Below are positions 35,917 through 46,186 of a DNA stretch of 64,000 bases, piece by piece; the first letter of the stretch is position 1, and each line of letters starts with the position of its first letter. The stretch covers positions 7,219-71,218 of the forward strand of contig NVQL02000054.1 in the NCBI GenBank assembly GCA_002400495.2. Direction: 5' to 3'. The stretch is from Alphaproteobacteria bacterium. Its GTDB lineage: Bacteria > Pseudomonadota > Alphaproteobacteria > Rhizobiales > OSC116. Under the pieces are notes generated by a model. It saw only the letters and a list, made by a program, of their open reading frames with translations, searched no databases and was not told the origin of the DNA. A program made the translations under genes and the position numbers.

Positions 35917-37659
35917 TTATTTGCCATTAACATGAGTATGATCCACCAAATTACGGAACAAAGAGCATGATTCTACAAGCTCCTGATACGTACCTGCGTC
36001 AACAACCACGCCCTTCTCAAGGATATATATTTTGTCAAACATTCTAGTTAAACTAATATTGTGTATCGCAGCAACAACGATGCCATTCTTCTGATTTTCT
36101 AGAATATTTTGATAGATAGCCCGTTCATTCACCGCATCAATGCTGCTAGTTGGTTCATCCATCAGCAAGATTTGGCTATTCCGAGAATGAAAAATACCTC
36201 TAGCTAACGCCAATCTCTGTTTTTCTCCGCCAGACATATTTGCGCCGCCTTCATTCATAATCGTGTTCAATCCATCGGGTAAATTAGTGAGCACACGATC
36301 GAACGTTGAGGATGAAACTGCATATTCAATTGCGCCATCATCTGTGCTTTTTCCAAGACAAATATTTTGCAACACCGTCTCTTCAAAAACTTCTGGCTGT
36401 TGAGGAATTAATGCAGACATTGAATTCATCAAAGCAAACCCATCGTCATAATGCTCGCCATCAACATACACTTCCACATTGTCAGGCTGATACAATCCAG
36501 CAAGCAACATAAGCAGAGTGGATTTACCTGAGCCACTCTCCCCAACAAGAGCTATTTTTTCTCCAGCTTTAAAACAAATTGAACATTCAACAGATGACCG
36601 ACTTTCACCTTGCCGCTTAAACTTAAGGTTTCGTATTTCCAAAAGTTTAAAATCTTGAATTCTATTTTTGGGCGGCATTGGTGCAATGATTTTATTATCT
36701 AGCCCCTTAACCGACTCCATATCAATATCCCATTGAATAACCTTTTGATACTCAGCCGCAAAGGCGCTAAAAGTACTGGTAAAACGTTCAATATATTGGT
36801 ACACGGCTGTCACGTTGCCAACTAAAATAGTGGCTTCAGCTTTCACCTGACTATAGATATACACAAACACACCAACTACCTGTAATATCATCATTAGAAA
36901 TGTAATAAAAAACCATTTGAAGGCGTTAACAATCCCGTGGGCACTCATGTTAGGAGCATAGCCTTCATTTATAACTTTCCTTAATCTTGCGCCTGTATAT
37001 GGCTGAATTTTATAAACAATTATAGTCATGATGTTGGAAAAAAGGTCCACCAATGTTGCCGAAATTTTATGGGTAACATTATTGTTGATCCGATACCAAC
37101 GTGCCAAACGTAAATCAAAAAACCGAATGATAAACAGTACCAATATCCCTGTAAAAAGCGCACCAAATGAAACCATCGGCACTAGAATATACAGCGCGAT
37201 AAGTGAGCCCCAAAACATAACAACAAGTTGAATATAGATAAATTGCATGGTGGTAAAATCAAACAATGCTTTGGCGGCTATATTGATCCTGTTGGCAATA
37301 TCGCCAGTGTGGTTTTTTGAATGCCATTCAACTTTCAAATGAGACACATTTTGATAAACATTCTGAATAAACCTAGATTTTGCCCGATAAGCAACGCGAA
37401 TTTCGATATATCGACCAATGCGGTGAAACAGGTTGAAAGCAAAAAACAAACCAATCCAAACCAACAACCAATACGAGATTTCGGAAAGGAGAGTATTCTT
37501 TTCAAAATTCTGAACTGCGTTAATGACACCTGCAAATACAAACGGATAAAATAACTCAGATATGGTGGCTAATATATGTAGAATATAAAACACGATGATT
37601 AACGGCCGATCACCCGCCGCATGAACCCACATGCGTTTAAACATAGAAATAAACAACAT
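35917..37659 (-). CDS. ABC exporter, fused permease/ATPase (MsbA-like half transporter)
   Basis: N-terminal 6-TM domain. Walker [10 protein letters not shown], signature MSGGEKQRLALARG, Walker B ILLMDEPTS. Confidence 0.85.
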   Translation of the reverse strand: MLFISMFKRMWVHAAGDRPLIIVFYILHILATISELFYPFVFAGVINAVQNFEKNTLLSEISYWLLVWIGLFFAFNLFHRIGRYIEIRVAYRAKSRFIQNVYQNVSHLKVEWHSKNHTGDIANRINIAAKALFDFTTMQFIYIQLVVMFWGSLIALYILVPMVSFGALFTGILVLFIIRFFDLRLARWYRINNNVTHKISATLVDLFSNIMTIIVYKIQPYTGARLRKVINEGYAPNMSAHGIVNAFKWFFITFLMMILQVVGVFVYIYSQVKAEATILVGNVTAVYQYIERFTSTFSAFAAEYQKVIQWDIDMESVKGLDNKIIAPMPPKNRIQDFKLLEIRNLKFKRQGESRSSVECSICFKAGEKIALVGESGSGKSTLLMLLAGLYQPDNVEVYVDGEHYDDGFALMNSMSALIPQQPEVFEETVLQNICLGKSTDDGAIEYAVSSSTFDRVLTNLPDGLNTIMNEGGANMSGGEKQRLALARGIFHSRNSQILLMDEPTSSIDAVNERAIYQNILENQKNGIVVAAIHNISLTRMFDKIYILEKGVVVDAGTYQELVESCSLFRNLVDHTHVNGK

Positions 37660-37823
37660 AACTTAGAATTCCCCATTATCTAAAGCCAACATGAAACAAA
37701 ATCATCAAACCAAAACCGAAATTAATTCGGTATTTTTCAAACCATAGCTTACTTTAACGACAAGGGATAGAAAGGTATTGCATTTTTTTGCATTTTAATG
37801 CATATTTTTGCACAACCGGAGAT

Positions 37824-38594
37824 ATGATGGATCAATTTGACTTAAACAACCCGGATACCAGGCAACTTATTCTAAAAGATAAACTCAAAAACAGCACCCC
37901 CTTGGTGGCTGCCGACATCGCAGCAGAGTTTGGCGTATCAGTTGATACTGTACGGCGTGATTTGATTGCACTCGAGCAACAAGGCTTGCTAAAACGCGTA
38001 AAAGGTGGCGCTTTACCGCTATTATCTCCAGTTAAACCTATGGTTCAACGGATGTTATATAAAAGCTGGTTAGGTAACATCGCGCCCCAAATAAACCACC
38101 TATTACACAATAAACACACATTGTTTCTAGATGGCGGCACATCGGTCGCCGAATTTTCTCGCCAATTGCCGTATCAATATCAAGGCCTAGTCATCACCCC
38201 GTCCCCCATCATCGCCGCTATATTATTAGAGGCACAAATCGAGACCTTACTCATCGGCGGCCGCATAAAAGCTTCAGGCGGCATCGCCGTTGGCGCCCAA
38301 ACCGTGCAAGATATTGCAAATTGCACCGCAGACATCTGCATTCTAGGCTCGTGTGCGTTAGATGTTGAATTCGGCTTGGCTGCAGATGACAAAGACGAAG
38401 CTGATGTCAAACGACAAATGGCCAACAATGCTAGCCAAACCATTATTTTGTCCGAAGCCGAAAAACTACATCAACGCGCCCGTCACAAAGTCATCAATTG
38501 CAAGCAGGCCGATATATTAATTACCAATGCAAAAGTCGAAAAAACCATTGCTTTTTCCGATCAAAAAATTGAAGTTATACGAGTAGAAGGGTAG
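37824..38594 (+). CDS. DeoR-family transcriptional regulator
   Basis: AADIAAEFGVSVDTVRRDLIALEQQGLLKRVKGGA HTH with a DeoR C-terminal sensor domain. The exact start is uncertain (37788, 37824 or 37827). Confidence 0.8.
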   Translation: MMDQFDLNNPDTRQLILKDKLKNSTPLVAADIAAEFGVSVDTVRRDLIALEQQGLLKRVKGGALPLLSPVKPMVQRMLYKSWLGNIAPQINHLLHNKHTLFLDGGTSVAEFSRQLPYQYQGLVITPSPIIAAILLEAQIETLLIGGRIKASGGIAVGAQTVQDIANCTADICILGSCALDVEFGLAADDKDEADVKRQMANNASQTIILSEAEKLHQRARHKVINCKQADILITNAKVEKTIAFSDQKIEVIRVEG

Positions 38595-38603
38595 GGGATT
38601 CAT

Positions 38604-39734
38604 ATGCCACATCAAATTAAAGTTTATACGATTTTCTTTTTATATTCAGTCACCTTAGGCGGCATTTTCCCGCGCTTGGGCGAAATGCAGCTGGCCATGG
38701 GCGCAGGCGAAGCTGCGCTCGGCCTTGGCTTGCTGGGTTTTGCCCTCGGCACCCAAATCTCCCTAATGTTCTCCAGCCCGTTGCTCGAAAAAATAGGCTA
38801 TAAATGGGTCATCTTACTGGCCGTCCCCCTTATGGGCGCAGCCGAAATTGCCGCATCTCTAGCATCCAGCATTCCGCTATTTTTCACCAGCCTTCTGGCC
38901 GCAGGCGTCGCCATCGGCGCGTTAGAAATTGTCATCAATCTCGAGGCCGATCGCACCGAGCATATGCTTGGTCGCCGCGTGATGAACCGCTCTCATGCGT
39001 TTTGGAGTTTTGGTTTTTTCGTCGCAGGCATGTTAGGCGCAGCTGCCGCGCAAATGGCCATCTCGCCCACCCAATGGCTCATCATGTTAAACATTGTCTC
39101 CTCCACCGTCATTTGGTTGGTATTCTTCAATTTCAAACCAGCCCCAGAGCGCACCACATCCGATGAGCCAACACCCAAATTCGTACGCCCCTCACTTGGC
39201 ATTCTAACCCTTGTCGGCCTCACCTTAAGCGCCATGATGCTAGAAGGCGCAGGCGCCGATTGGTCAATCATTTTCATGCGTGATAATTTCGAAATGTCAG
39301 CCTTTGTCAATGGCATGGCCTTCGCAGTTGGCGCGGGCACCCAAGCCATCACCCGCTATTTTGCCGATGGCTTTATCGACAAATACGGCCCCATACGCAT
39401 CGCCCGCATCCTCATTTCTATATTGGGTTTAGGCACATTAATGGTCACATTCTCGCCCAATGCTTATATGGCCTTATTGGGTTTTGCCCTCATCGGCATC
39501 GGTTCAAGCTCGCTCTTCCCGCTGGCCATGTCAGCCGCCGCACAACGTACCGATCGGCCCGCCGCCACCAATGTCGCCTCATTGGCGCAGCTATCCTTCA
39601 TCATATTCTTGCTCGCACCGCCCATTCTAGGCTTCGTCGCCGAGCATTTTGGCATCAGATATTCATTCGGTATCGGCCTACCATTGGTGTTGCTCAGCTG
39701 GTTCACCGTTAATTCTCTAAAGGTAAAAACATGA
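38604..39734 (+). CDS. MFS transporter
   Basis: 376 aa, about 11-12 hydrophobic segments. Its stop overlaps the next start (ATGA). Confidence 0.7.
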   Translation: MPHQIKVYTIFFLYSVTLGGIFPRLGEMQLAMGAGEAALGLGLLGFALGTQISLMFSSPLLEKIGYKWVILLAVPLMGAAEIAASLASSIPLFFTSLLAAGVAIGALEIVINLEADRTEHMLGRRVMNRSHAFWSFGFFVAGMLGAAAAQMAISPTQWLIMLNIVSSTVIWLVFFNFKPAPERTTSDEPTPKFVRPSLGILTLVGLTLSAMMLEGAGADWSIIFMRDNFEMSAFVNGMAFAVGAGTQAITRYFADGFIDKYGPIRIARILISILGLGTLMVTFSPNAYMALLGFALIGIGSSSLFPLAMSAAAQRTDRPAATNVASLAQLSFIIFLLAPPILGFVAEHFGIRYSFGIGLPLVLLSWFTVNSLKVKT

Positions 39735-40102
39735 CAAAATATAACGGTTCCTGCCATTGCGGTGCCATTAAATTTGAAATCGAGGCCGAGTTCACCAATT
39801 TCAGAACCTGCAATTGCACCCTCTGCAAAAAGAAAAACGCAGTGATGGGCTCGGTGAATGAAACAGATTTCAAATTGCTGCAAGGCCAAGAGCATTTAGG
39901 GCTCTACCAGTGGAATTTGAAAATCGCCAAACATCATTTTTGCAAAATTTGCGGCATATACACTTTTCATCACACCCGTTCCAAACCAGGCATTATGGGC
40001 GTAAATATCAATTGTTTGGATGATGTAGATTTAAGCCACATTCCCATTAAACATGTCGATGGCGCGTCAATGTCATCAATATCCAACAAAGATAAACCAT
40101 AA
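39731..40102 (+). CDS. GFA-family (glutathione-dependent formaldehyde-activating / CENP-V-like) Zn protein
   Basis: Cys clusters GSCHCGAIKF, CNCTLCKKK and HHFCKICG. Confidence 0.8.
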   Translation: MTKYNGSCHCGAIKFEIEAEFTNFRTCNCTLCKKKNAVMGSVNETDFKLLQGQEHLGLYQWNLKIAKHHFCKICGIYTFHHTRSKPGIMGVNINCLDDVDLSHIPIKHVDGASMSSISNKDKP

Positions 40103-40159
40103 CAAATAAAGCATATTTTTTCACCCCTCTGTATATATGCAAAGCCAATATGCCATTAT

Positions 40160-41056
40160 ATGCTGCAAGAAAACTTAATGGGGCAACATATGACCGATGA
40201 AACAAAAGGCATGCTTTACGGCACTTTAGGCGTGGTGGCTTTTGGCCTCACCCTGCCTTTCACCCGCCTAGTGGTGCCATATCTAGACCCAATATTCATC
40301 GGCACAGGCCGCGCGGTGTTGGCCGCTTTGGTGGCCATAATTATTTTATCAGCGCTCAAACAAAAAATACCCAACAAAGCTCAAATTCTACAATTATCCA
40401 TTGTGTCGCTCGGCGTTGTGGCAGGCTTCCCTATCCTGTCCTCCTGGGCGATGCAACATGTACCCGCCTCACATGGTGGCGTGGTGCTCGGCATTTTGCC
40501 GTTGGCAACCGCCATTTTTGGCGCATGGGTGGCCAAAGAGCGACCAAGTTTGGCCTTTTGGGTCGTCAGTCTTATAGGCAGTGCTTTGGTGGTAATCTAT
40601 GTTCTAACCCAAGGCTCTGATGGCCTAGAAATAGCCGATCTGGCACTGCTCGGCGCCATCATTTCGGCCGCCATTGGCTATGCCGTTGGCGGGCAATTGT
40701 CAAAAACTTTGGGCGGTTGGCAAGTCATCTGCTGGGCGCTGATTATATCGCTGGTCTACACGCTGCCCATATCCATTATTTGCGCACCCGAAACCTTCAC
40801 TGGTTACCCGCTAGAGGTTTATATTGGCTTCTTATATTTGGCCTTGGTCAGCATGCTCACGGGTTTTTTTGCTTGGTATAAAGGCTTGGTTTTGGGCGGC
40901 ATTGCCCGCGTCAGCCAAACCCAATTAATCCAGCCTTTTGTCACCATTTTCGCCTCTATCTTCATGCTCAACGAACCGCTCGATTTCAAAACCGTTTTAT
41001 TCGCTGCTTTGGTGGTGGCATCAGTGTGGGTCGGCAAAAAAATGCCCATTGGTTAA
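40160..41056 (+). CDS. EamA/DMT-family transporter
   Basis: About 10 TM segments and duplicated EamA halves. The start is uncertain (ATGs at 40160, 40178 and 40190). Confidence 0.75.
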   Translation: MLQENLMGQHMTDETKGMLYGTLGVVAFGLTLPFTRLVVPYLDPIFIGTGRAVLAALVAIIILSALKQKIPNKAQILQLSIVSLGVVAGFPILSSWAMQHVPASHGGVVLGILPLATAIFGAWVAKERPSLAFWVVSLIGSALVVIYVLTQGSDGLEIADLALLGAIISAAIGYAVGGQLSKTLGGWQVICWALIISLVYTLPISIICAPETFTGYPLEVYIGFLYLALVSMLTGFFAWYKGLVLGGIARVSQTQLIQPFVTIFASIFMLNEPLDFKTVLFAALVVASVWVGKKMPIG

Positions 41057-41083
41057 ATACCCATTACTTAATAGATGTTTTGG

Positions 41084-41485
41084 TTAAATATTTTCGAGCA
41101 GTTTCGCTTTAATTCTGGCAAATTTTTCAGGGTTTAATTTTTGGTCTTCATAAACACTCACCACATTTTCAACAAGCCCGTTTCTAATCGTAATTTCTGT
41201 CTGCCCAACCATTTCTTCAGAAAATTCATCGCTAAAATCTAAAACTTTTAACAAAAACTCATGAGTAAAAACCTCATCATCAGTAGAGGCAGGAATGGTA
41301 ATTTTAGCTAAGCTGCGTTGGCTGGACAATCGACCCATCCAATGCACATATTCATCAAATTCCACTTCTCCAAAAAACGGTGAATGGCAAATAAATTTAG
41401 GAGAGATAATTTCGACCAATTCACTGCTTTTATTAAGGTAAAAATCACTTAAAAATAACATAACAATCTGAAAATTAGTTGTCAT
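41084..41485 (-). CDS. hypothetical protein (possibly NTF2/SnoaL-like); paralog of 60284..60682
   Basis: ORF trimmed to MTTNFQIVMLFLSDFYLNKSSELVEIISPKF. It shares the F..FY.N.S...V...SP.F pattern with 60284..60682. Confidence 0.4.
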   Translation of the reverse strand: MTTNFQIVMLFLSDFYLNKSSELVEIISPKFICHSPFFGEVEFDEYVHWMGRLSSQRSLAKITIPASTDDEVFTHEFLLKVLDFSDEFSEEMVGQTEITIRNGLVENVVSVYEDQKLNPEKFARIKAKLLENI

Positions 41486-41582
41486 AATGTTTTGCGTCAA
41501 AAAGGAGTCCTGCAACTCTTCCCCCGAAAAATTGTACTTAATACAGAACCATAGCATGATTCGCCCTATAATTGAGCGGTAA

Positions 41583-42035
41583 TTACGATTTTATCATCCC
41601 CCCATGATAATCCAATCGATAGACATCTTCACCTTCATATAAAATAATTTCCACCCCGTGAAATTGCTGCACGTCACCCTTATTGGCATCACGATAAGCA
41701 TAATCACCAACAATATGCTCAAACCCACCCAAAAACCTATTTTCAGCATATAATAATGACAAAGACCGCTTGATAACATCCCCCACCTGCTGTGCATCAA
41801 TTAAGGACGGTTCCAAAATATAACCATAATAATTCATCGCCCAAACTGCTTTACCTCCATGCCAAACCACTTCTTGACCAATAAAATCCGTGCCACCAAA
41901 ATAGCTGTCCAAATACTCCCACTCACCATCCCTAAATGACAGGTCATGCGAGTCAGCACGGCACGGCCTGGCCACAGCACCGCCGCCCACATAACATGCA
42001 GCCTTGGCCGTAACAATAAATTCATCTAATTCCAT
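41583..42035 (-). CDS. DUF5680-like protein
   Basis: FIVTAKAACYVGGG, DSYFGGTDFIGQEVVW and AVWAMNYYGYI match my memory of that family. Confidence 0.5.
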   Translation of the reverse strand: MELDEFIVTAKAACYVGGGAVARPCRADSHDLSFRDGEWEYLDSYFGGTDFIGQEVVWHGGKAVWAMNYYGYILEPSLIDAQQVGDVIKRSLSLLYAENRFLGGFEHIVGDYAYRDANKGDVQQFHGVEIILYEGEDVYRLDYHGGMIKS

Positions 42036-42141
42036 ACCGCATCCCGTAAGAAGAACAATACATGAACATTAAACCAAGTCAACATAATTTTCAAGTCAAA
42101 TTTTGGTCGACCTTTCGTCCATAATGCGATACTCATATCAC

Positions 42142-43347
42142 ATGCCTCATCCTCTAAATATAAAATTTGAACTTATTGCGTTATTGGCCTGTATGATGGC
42201 CCTACTCGGTTTGAGTATGGACATCATGCTGCCCGCCTTTGGCGACATTGCGCAAGATTTGGCGATCAGCAATGTAAATCACACGCAATATATCGTCATT
42301 TTATTCATCTTCGGCATGGTGTTTGGCGAGTTGGTCTTTGGCCCCTTGGCCGATGCCATAGGCCGCAAAAAAATCATCCTCATTGGCTTGACCATTTATG
42401 GATTTGGCGCCTTCATCGCAGCTGCGTCAGATAGTTTCGAAGTTTTATTATACGGCAGAATCATTCAAGGTATCGGCGTCGCAGGCCCAAAAATTGGCAG
42501 CCGCGCGCTGGTCAGAGACCTGTATGAAGGCGCTGTCATGGCACGGATCATGTCCATTTTATTTGGCCTGTTAATCTTGGTGCCAATGGTCGCGCCTTTG
42601 CTGGGCCAATTCATCATTCAAGCCTCGCATTGGCGGTTTTTATTTGTTGGCTTCATGGTCATCAGCATCGCCCTTGGCCTCTGGTTGGCAAAACGCCAGC
42701 CCGAAACATTAAAGCCCAAAAACCGCATCCCCATTGCCTTTAAATCATTATTACAAAACACCATACTCATCCTAAAACACCGCCAAGCCGTGTCCTATAT
42801 GCTGTGCGCAGGTTTCGTTTTTGGCGCACAATTATGTTATCTGGCCTTGGCACACGCAATATTTGTCGATCTTTATCAAGTTGGCGATAAGTTCCCCCTA
42901 TATTTTGCCTTGGTGGCGATAGGCATGGGCATCGGTTCATTTGGCAATGCAAACCTCGTTAAATATTTTGGCATGCATTATATAATCAATACCGCCACCA
43001 TCAGCATTTTTGCGTTCAGTCTGGTTTTTTTACTAGCCAGTTTCATATATGCAGGCGTGCCACCACTTTATTCATTCATAATTTATTGCTGCGCAATATT
43101 TCTACTGATTGGGGTTATTTTTGGCAACTTAAGTGCGCTAGCCATGCAACATATGGGGCGCGTGGCAGGCTTGGCCTCGTCATTATTCGCCTCAATCTCC
43201 AGCCTTATGGCGGTGCTTGTTTCCAGCCTGTTTGGCAGCTTTTATAACGCCACAACTTTTCCTTTAACTCTCATGTTTCTTCTGGCAGGCGGCGCATCAT
43301 TCATCTTAGTGCGCAGGGCACAAAAGTCAAAAGCCCAACCCGTATAA
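42142..43347 (+). CDS. MFS drug-efflux transporter (Bcr/CflA-like)
   Basis: The TTG ORF is trimmed to MPHPLNIKFELIALLACMMALLGLSMDIMLPAF. MFS motif A is GPLADAIGRKK. 12 TM segments. Confidence 0.8.
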   Translation: MPHPLNIKFELIALLACMMALLGLSMDIMLPAFGDIAQDLAISNVNHTQYIVILFIFGMVFGELVFGPLADAIGRKKIILIGLTIYGFGAFIAAASDSFEVLLYGRIIQGIGVAGPKIGSRALVRDLYEGAVMARIMSILFGLLILVPMVAPLLGQFIIQASHWRFLFVGFMVISIALGLWLAKRQPETLKPKNRIPIAFKSLLQNTILILKHRQAVSYMLCAGFVFGAQLCYLALAHAIFVDLYQVGDKFPLYFALVAIGMGIGSFGNANLVKYFGMHYIINTATISIFAFSLVFLLASFIYAGVPPLYSFIIYCCAIFLLIGVIFGNLSALAMQHMGRVAGLASSLFASISSLMAVLVSSLFGSFYNATTFPLTLMFLLAGGASFILVRRAQKSKAQPV

Positions 43348-43360
43348 ACACTCATCAACA

Positions 43361-44062
43361 TTAAGCCAGTTGCCGTTGAATCGCCGCCATCATTTCATCA
43401 GCACTATCAAGCGGCGCACTATGCGAGCTATTGATGAGCTCATATTTATCTAGTGGGTTATTATCAAGCCACTCCAACGTGTCAGCAGGGCAGTTTTTCG
43501 AATTATAAAGATAAAACACCTTGGCAGAATTTATCAACCGCGCCCCGACATCATTCTCCTCAGAAAAAGTGCGTGCATCACAACCAAGGCTCCACAAATC
43601 TCGCGCATTGCGTGTCATCACAATTCCCAAATAACGCTTTAACAGCGGGTCAGTTTCAGCACCCTTTCCCAATATTTTCGGAAAGCTCCGTTTAAATTCT
43701 TCGGCCGTCTTAAAATCCGCAGCCTTGCCAGAAAAATAAGCATCAGCAGCGGTTAAATTACCTTCCAGCGATATAATATGAGTGATAAACCCATCTGATT
43801 TTTCTGCCGCCAGCGTGGCAATGATCGACGCCACCGAGTGCGCCATAATGTAGTGAGCATTTTGCTCCAACGCCACAGCCAATAAATACTCAGCCAACCC
43901 ATTAAGAGTGATTTCATAACCCGCAGCCTCAACCCCAAACCCAGGCAAATCAACTGGAAAAATATTAAAATCCCGACTATATTTGTCATCTAACAACGGT
44001 GCAAACAGGCTCTTATCATCGCCAAAACCCGCAACGCAAATTATGTTAATTTTAGAGGTCAT
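43361..44062 (-). CDS. alpha/beta-fold hydrolase
   Basis: INIICVAGFGD, nucleophile elbow variant AHSVAS, and 233 aa. Confidence 0.6.
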   Translation of the reverse strand: MTSKINIICVAGFGDDKSLFAPLLDDKYSRDFNIFPVDLPGFGVEAAGYEITLNGLAEYLLAVALEQNAHYIMAHSVASIIATLAAEKSDGFITHIISLEGNLTAADAYFSGKAADFKTAEEFKRSFPKILGKGAETDPLLKRYLGIVMTRNARDLWSLGCDARTFSEENDVGARLINSAKVFYLYNSKNCPADTLEWLDNNPLDKYELINSSHSAPLDSADEMMAAIQRQLA

Positions 44063-44066
44063 TTAT

Positions 44067-45053
44067 TCAGCCACGCCCCAAATGCTCACGCCCATGCGGC
44101 GCGTCAAAATCCAACAGCGGCCCCATCGGCACAATGCGCGTCGGGTTGACCATGTCATGGCTTTCATAATAATGGTTTTTAATATGCTCCATATTCACCG
44201 TCTCTTTTACACCAGCAATCTGATACAATTCCCGCACATAACCCGCAAGATTTTCATATTGGCAAATCATCTTCAAATTGCATTTAAAATGCCCCACATA
44301 AACCGCATCAAACCGTATCAAAGTGGTGAATAACCGCCAATCCGCCTCAGTAATCTCATCACCGCATAAATAGCGTTTTTCACTCAATATGCCCTCAACC
44401 CAATCCAAGCTTTCAAACAACGGCACAACCGCCTCTTCATAAGCTTCTTGCGTGGAGGCAAAACCACTTTTATAAACCCCATTATTAATCGTGTGGTAAA
44501 TCCGCTCATTAATCTCATCAATTTCAGCCCGCAGATTTTCAGGATAATAATCCCCCGCAAGCGCCCCAATACCGTCAAATTCACTATTCAACATCCGAAT
44601 AATCTCCGACGATTCATTCGAAACTACGGTCTTTTGCTCTTTATCCCATAATATAGGCACAGTCACCCGCCCACTATAATCAGGGTCAGCAGTGGTATAA
44701 ATTTGGTGCACAAATTCAGCCCCATTTATATTATCCGCAATCACCCCATCACCAGCCGCAAATGTCCAACCATTCTCCACCATATAAGGGTGCACAACCG
44801 AGATGCCAATCATCTCAGTCAAGCCCTTCAACGCCCGAAAAATCATAACCCGATGCGCCCATGGGCACGCGTTAGATATATAAAGATGATACCGCCCCAC
44901 CTCAGCCTTAAACCCAGCTTTGCCACTCGCCCCCGCACTGCCATCAGCCGTTATCCAATTGCGAAATTGCGCTTCAGACCGCACAAATTTCCCCTTATTG
45001 GCATCCGTATCATACCAAGTGTCATGCCATTTTCCGTCAACCAATAAACCCAT
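44067..45053 (-). CDS. yqjG: glutathionyl-hydroquinone reductase (Xi-class GST, YqjG/ECM4 family)
   Basis: GKFVRSEAQFRNWIT, active-site CPWAHR, and VPILWD. The ORF is trimmed to MGLLVDGKWHD, with GGGAG 7 nt upstream. Confidence 0.85.
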   Translation of the reverse strand: MGLLVDGKWHDTWYDTDANKGKFVRSEAQFRNWITADGSAGASGKAGFKAEVGRYHLYISNACPWAHRVMIFRALKGLTEMIGISVVHPYMVENGWTFAAGDGVIADNINGAEFVHQIYTTADPDYSGRVTVPILWDKEQKTVVSNESSEIIRMLNSEFDGIGALAGDYYPENLRAEIDEINERIYHTINNGVYKSGFASTQEAYEEAVVPLFESLDWVEGILSEKRYLCGDEITEADWRLFTTLIRFDAVYVGHFKCNLKMICQYENLAGYVRELYQIAGVKETVNMEHIKNHYYESHDMVNPTRIVPMGPLLDFDAPHGREHLGRG

Positions 45054-45085
45054 TTTCATCTCCCTTTTAACCAAATATATAATAT

Positions 45086-46180
45086 TTACCGAATTACCGA
45101 AACCGATTTCACCAGCGCCCACACATCATCACCAATTTCAAGCGCCAATTGCGCCGCCGATTTCGCCGTGATGCGGGCAATCAGCACCTGTTCACCTAAC
45201 CTCAATTGCACCAATAACATGGCAGCATGTTCATCAGGCTTTATATCGATAATCTCAACCGACAACCCGTTCAAAATGCTACTGTCACCGTCAATTTTCT
45301 GCTTGGCTAAGCTCACATCACGCGCCAAAATACGCATGCGAATTGCCACACCAATCGTGTCATTTTCATCGGCTATCCACAACTCACCGCCGTTAAACAC
45401 CGCCCGCGCCAAATGCCATTTCTCATCTCGCTCGGTAATTTCAGCCTCTATCACCACACCAATATCTTGGCCCAATTTCAATGGCAAATCTAACCGCGAA
45501 AGCACCGCAGCAAGCGCACCTTGTGCCACCACTTTACCTTCATGTAAAACCACCATATGGTCAGCCAACCGCGCCACTTCATCTATCGAATGGCTAACAT
45601 AAATAATTGGAATTTTTATTTCATTTCGCAGCCGTTCTAAATAGCTCAAAATCTCATTCTTTCGCTCTATATCCAACGCCGCCAAAGGCTCATCCATCAA
45701 CAACAAATTGGGATTAACCAGCAAAGCCCGCGCAATGGCCACCCGTTGCCGCTCCCCGCCCGAAAGCTGGTCAGGATGCCGTTTCAACAACCCCCCAATG
45801 CCCAACAGCTCAACCAACATATCAAAATCTGCAGCCCCATCACCTTCAACCCGCCAAGCACGCTTCTGAGCATAGGCCAAATTTTCACCCGCATTGAGGT
45901 GAGAGAATAAGCTGGCTTCCTGAAATATATACCCAATCCGCCTCTTATGCGTTGGCGTAAAACCAGCCCCATTTTGCCAAATCTCATCACCCAACTGCAT
46001 CACCCCATTAGCAATGCGGTCAAGCCCCGCCATTGCGCGCAACAAGCTGGTTTTGCCCGCCCCAGAACGGCCAAAAATAGCACTCACACCTTGCGTCGGC
46101 AATGCCAAATCAACATCAAGGCAAAATCCGCCCCGCTCTGTTTGATGCTTAAATTTAGCGATGATTTTTCTAGTTTTCAT
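45086..46180 (-). CDS. modC: molybdate ABC transporter ATP-binding protein
   Basis: GRSGAGKTS, LSGGERQRVAIARAL, LLLMDEPLAALD, and a C-terminal TOBE/Mop-like domain. It lies downstream of modA-modB. Confidence 0.9.
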   Translation of the reverse strand: MKTRKIIAKFKHQTERGGFCLDVDLALPTQGVSAIFGRSGAGKTSLLRAMAGLDRIANGVMQLGDEIWQNGAGFTPTHKRRIGYIFQEASLFSHLNAGENLAYAQKRAWRVEGDGAADFDMLVELLGIGGLLKRHPDQLSGGERQRVAIARALLVNPNLLLMDEPLAALDIERKNEILSYLERLRNEIKIPIIYVSHSIDEVARLADHMVVLHEGKVVAQGALAAVLSRLDLPLKLGQDIGVVIEAEITERDEKWHLARAVFNGGELWIADENDTIGVAIRMRILARDVSLAKQKIDGDSSILNGLSVEIIDIKPDEHAAMLLVQLRLGEQVLIARITAKSAAQLALEIGDDVWALVKSVSVIR

Positions 46181-46186
46181 ACCCCG

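Noticed and set aside
35917-37659. ABC exporter as the missing type I secretion ATPase for the RTX array.
   Set aside because: It lies 24 kb away with no adjacent membrane-fusion or TolC-like gene. It has no C39 or N-terminal extension and sits in an unrelated context. It cannot be excluded without genome-wide data.
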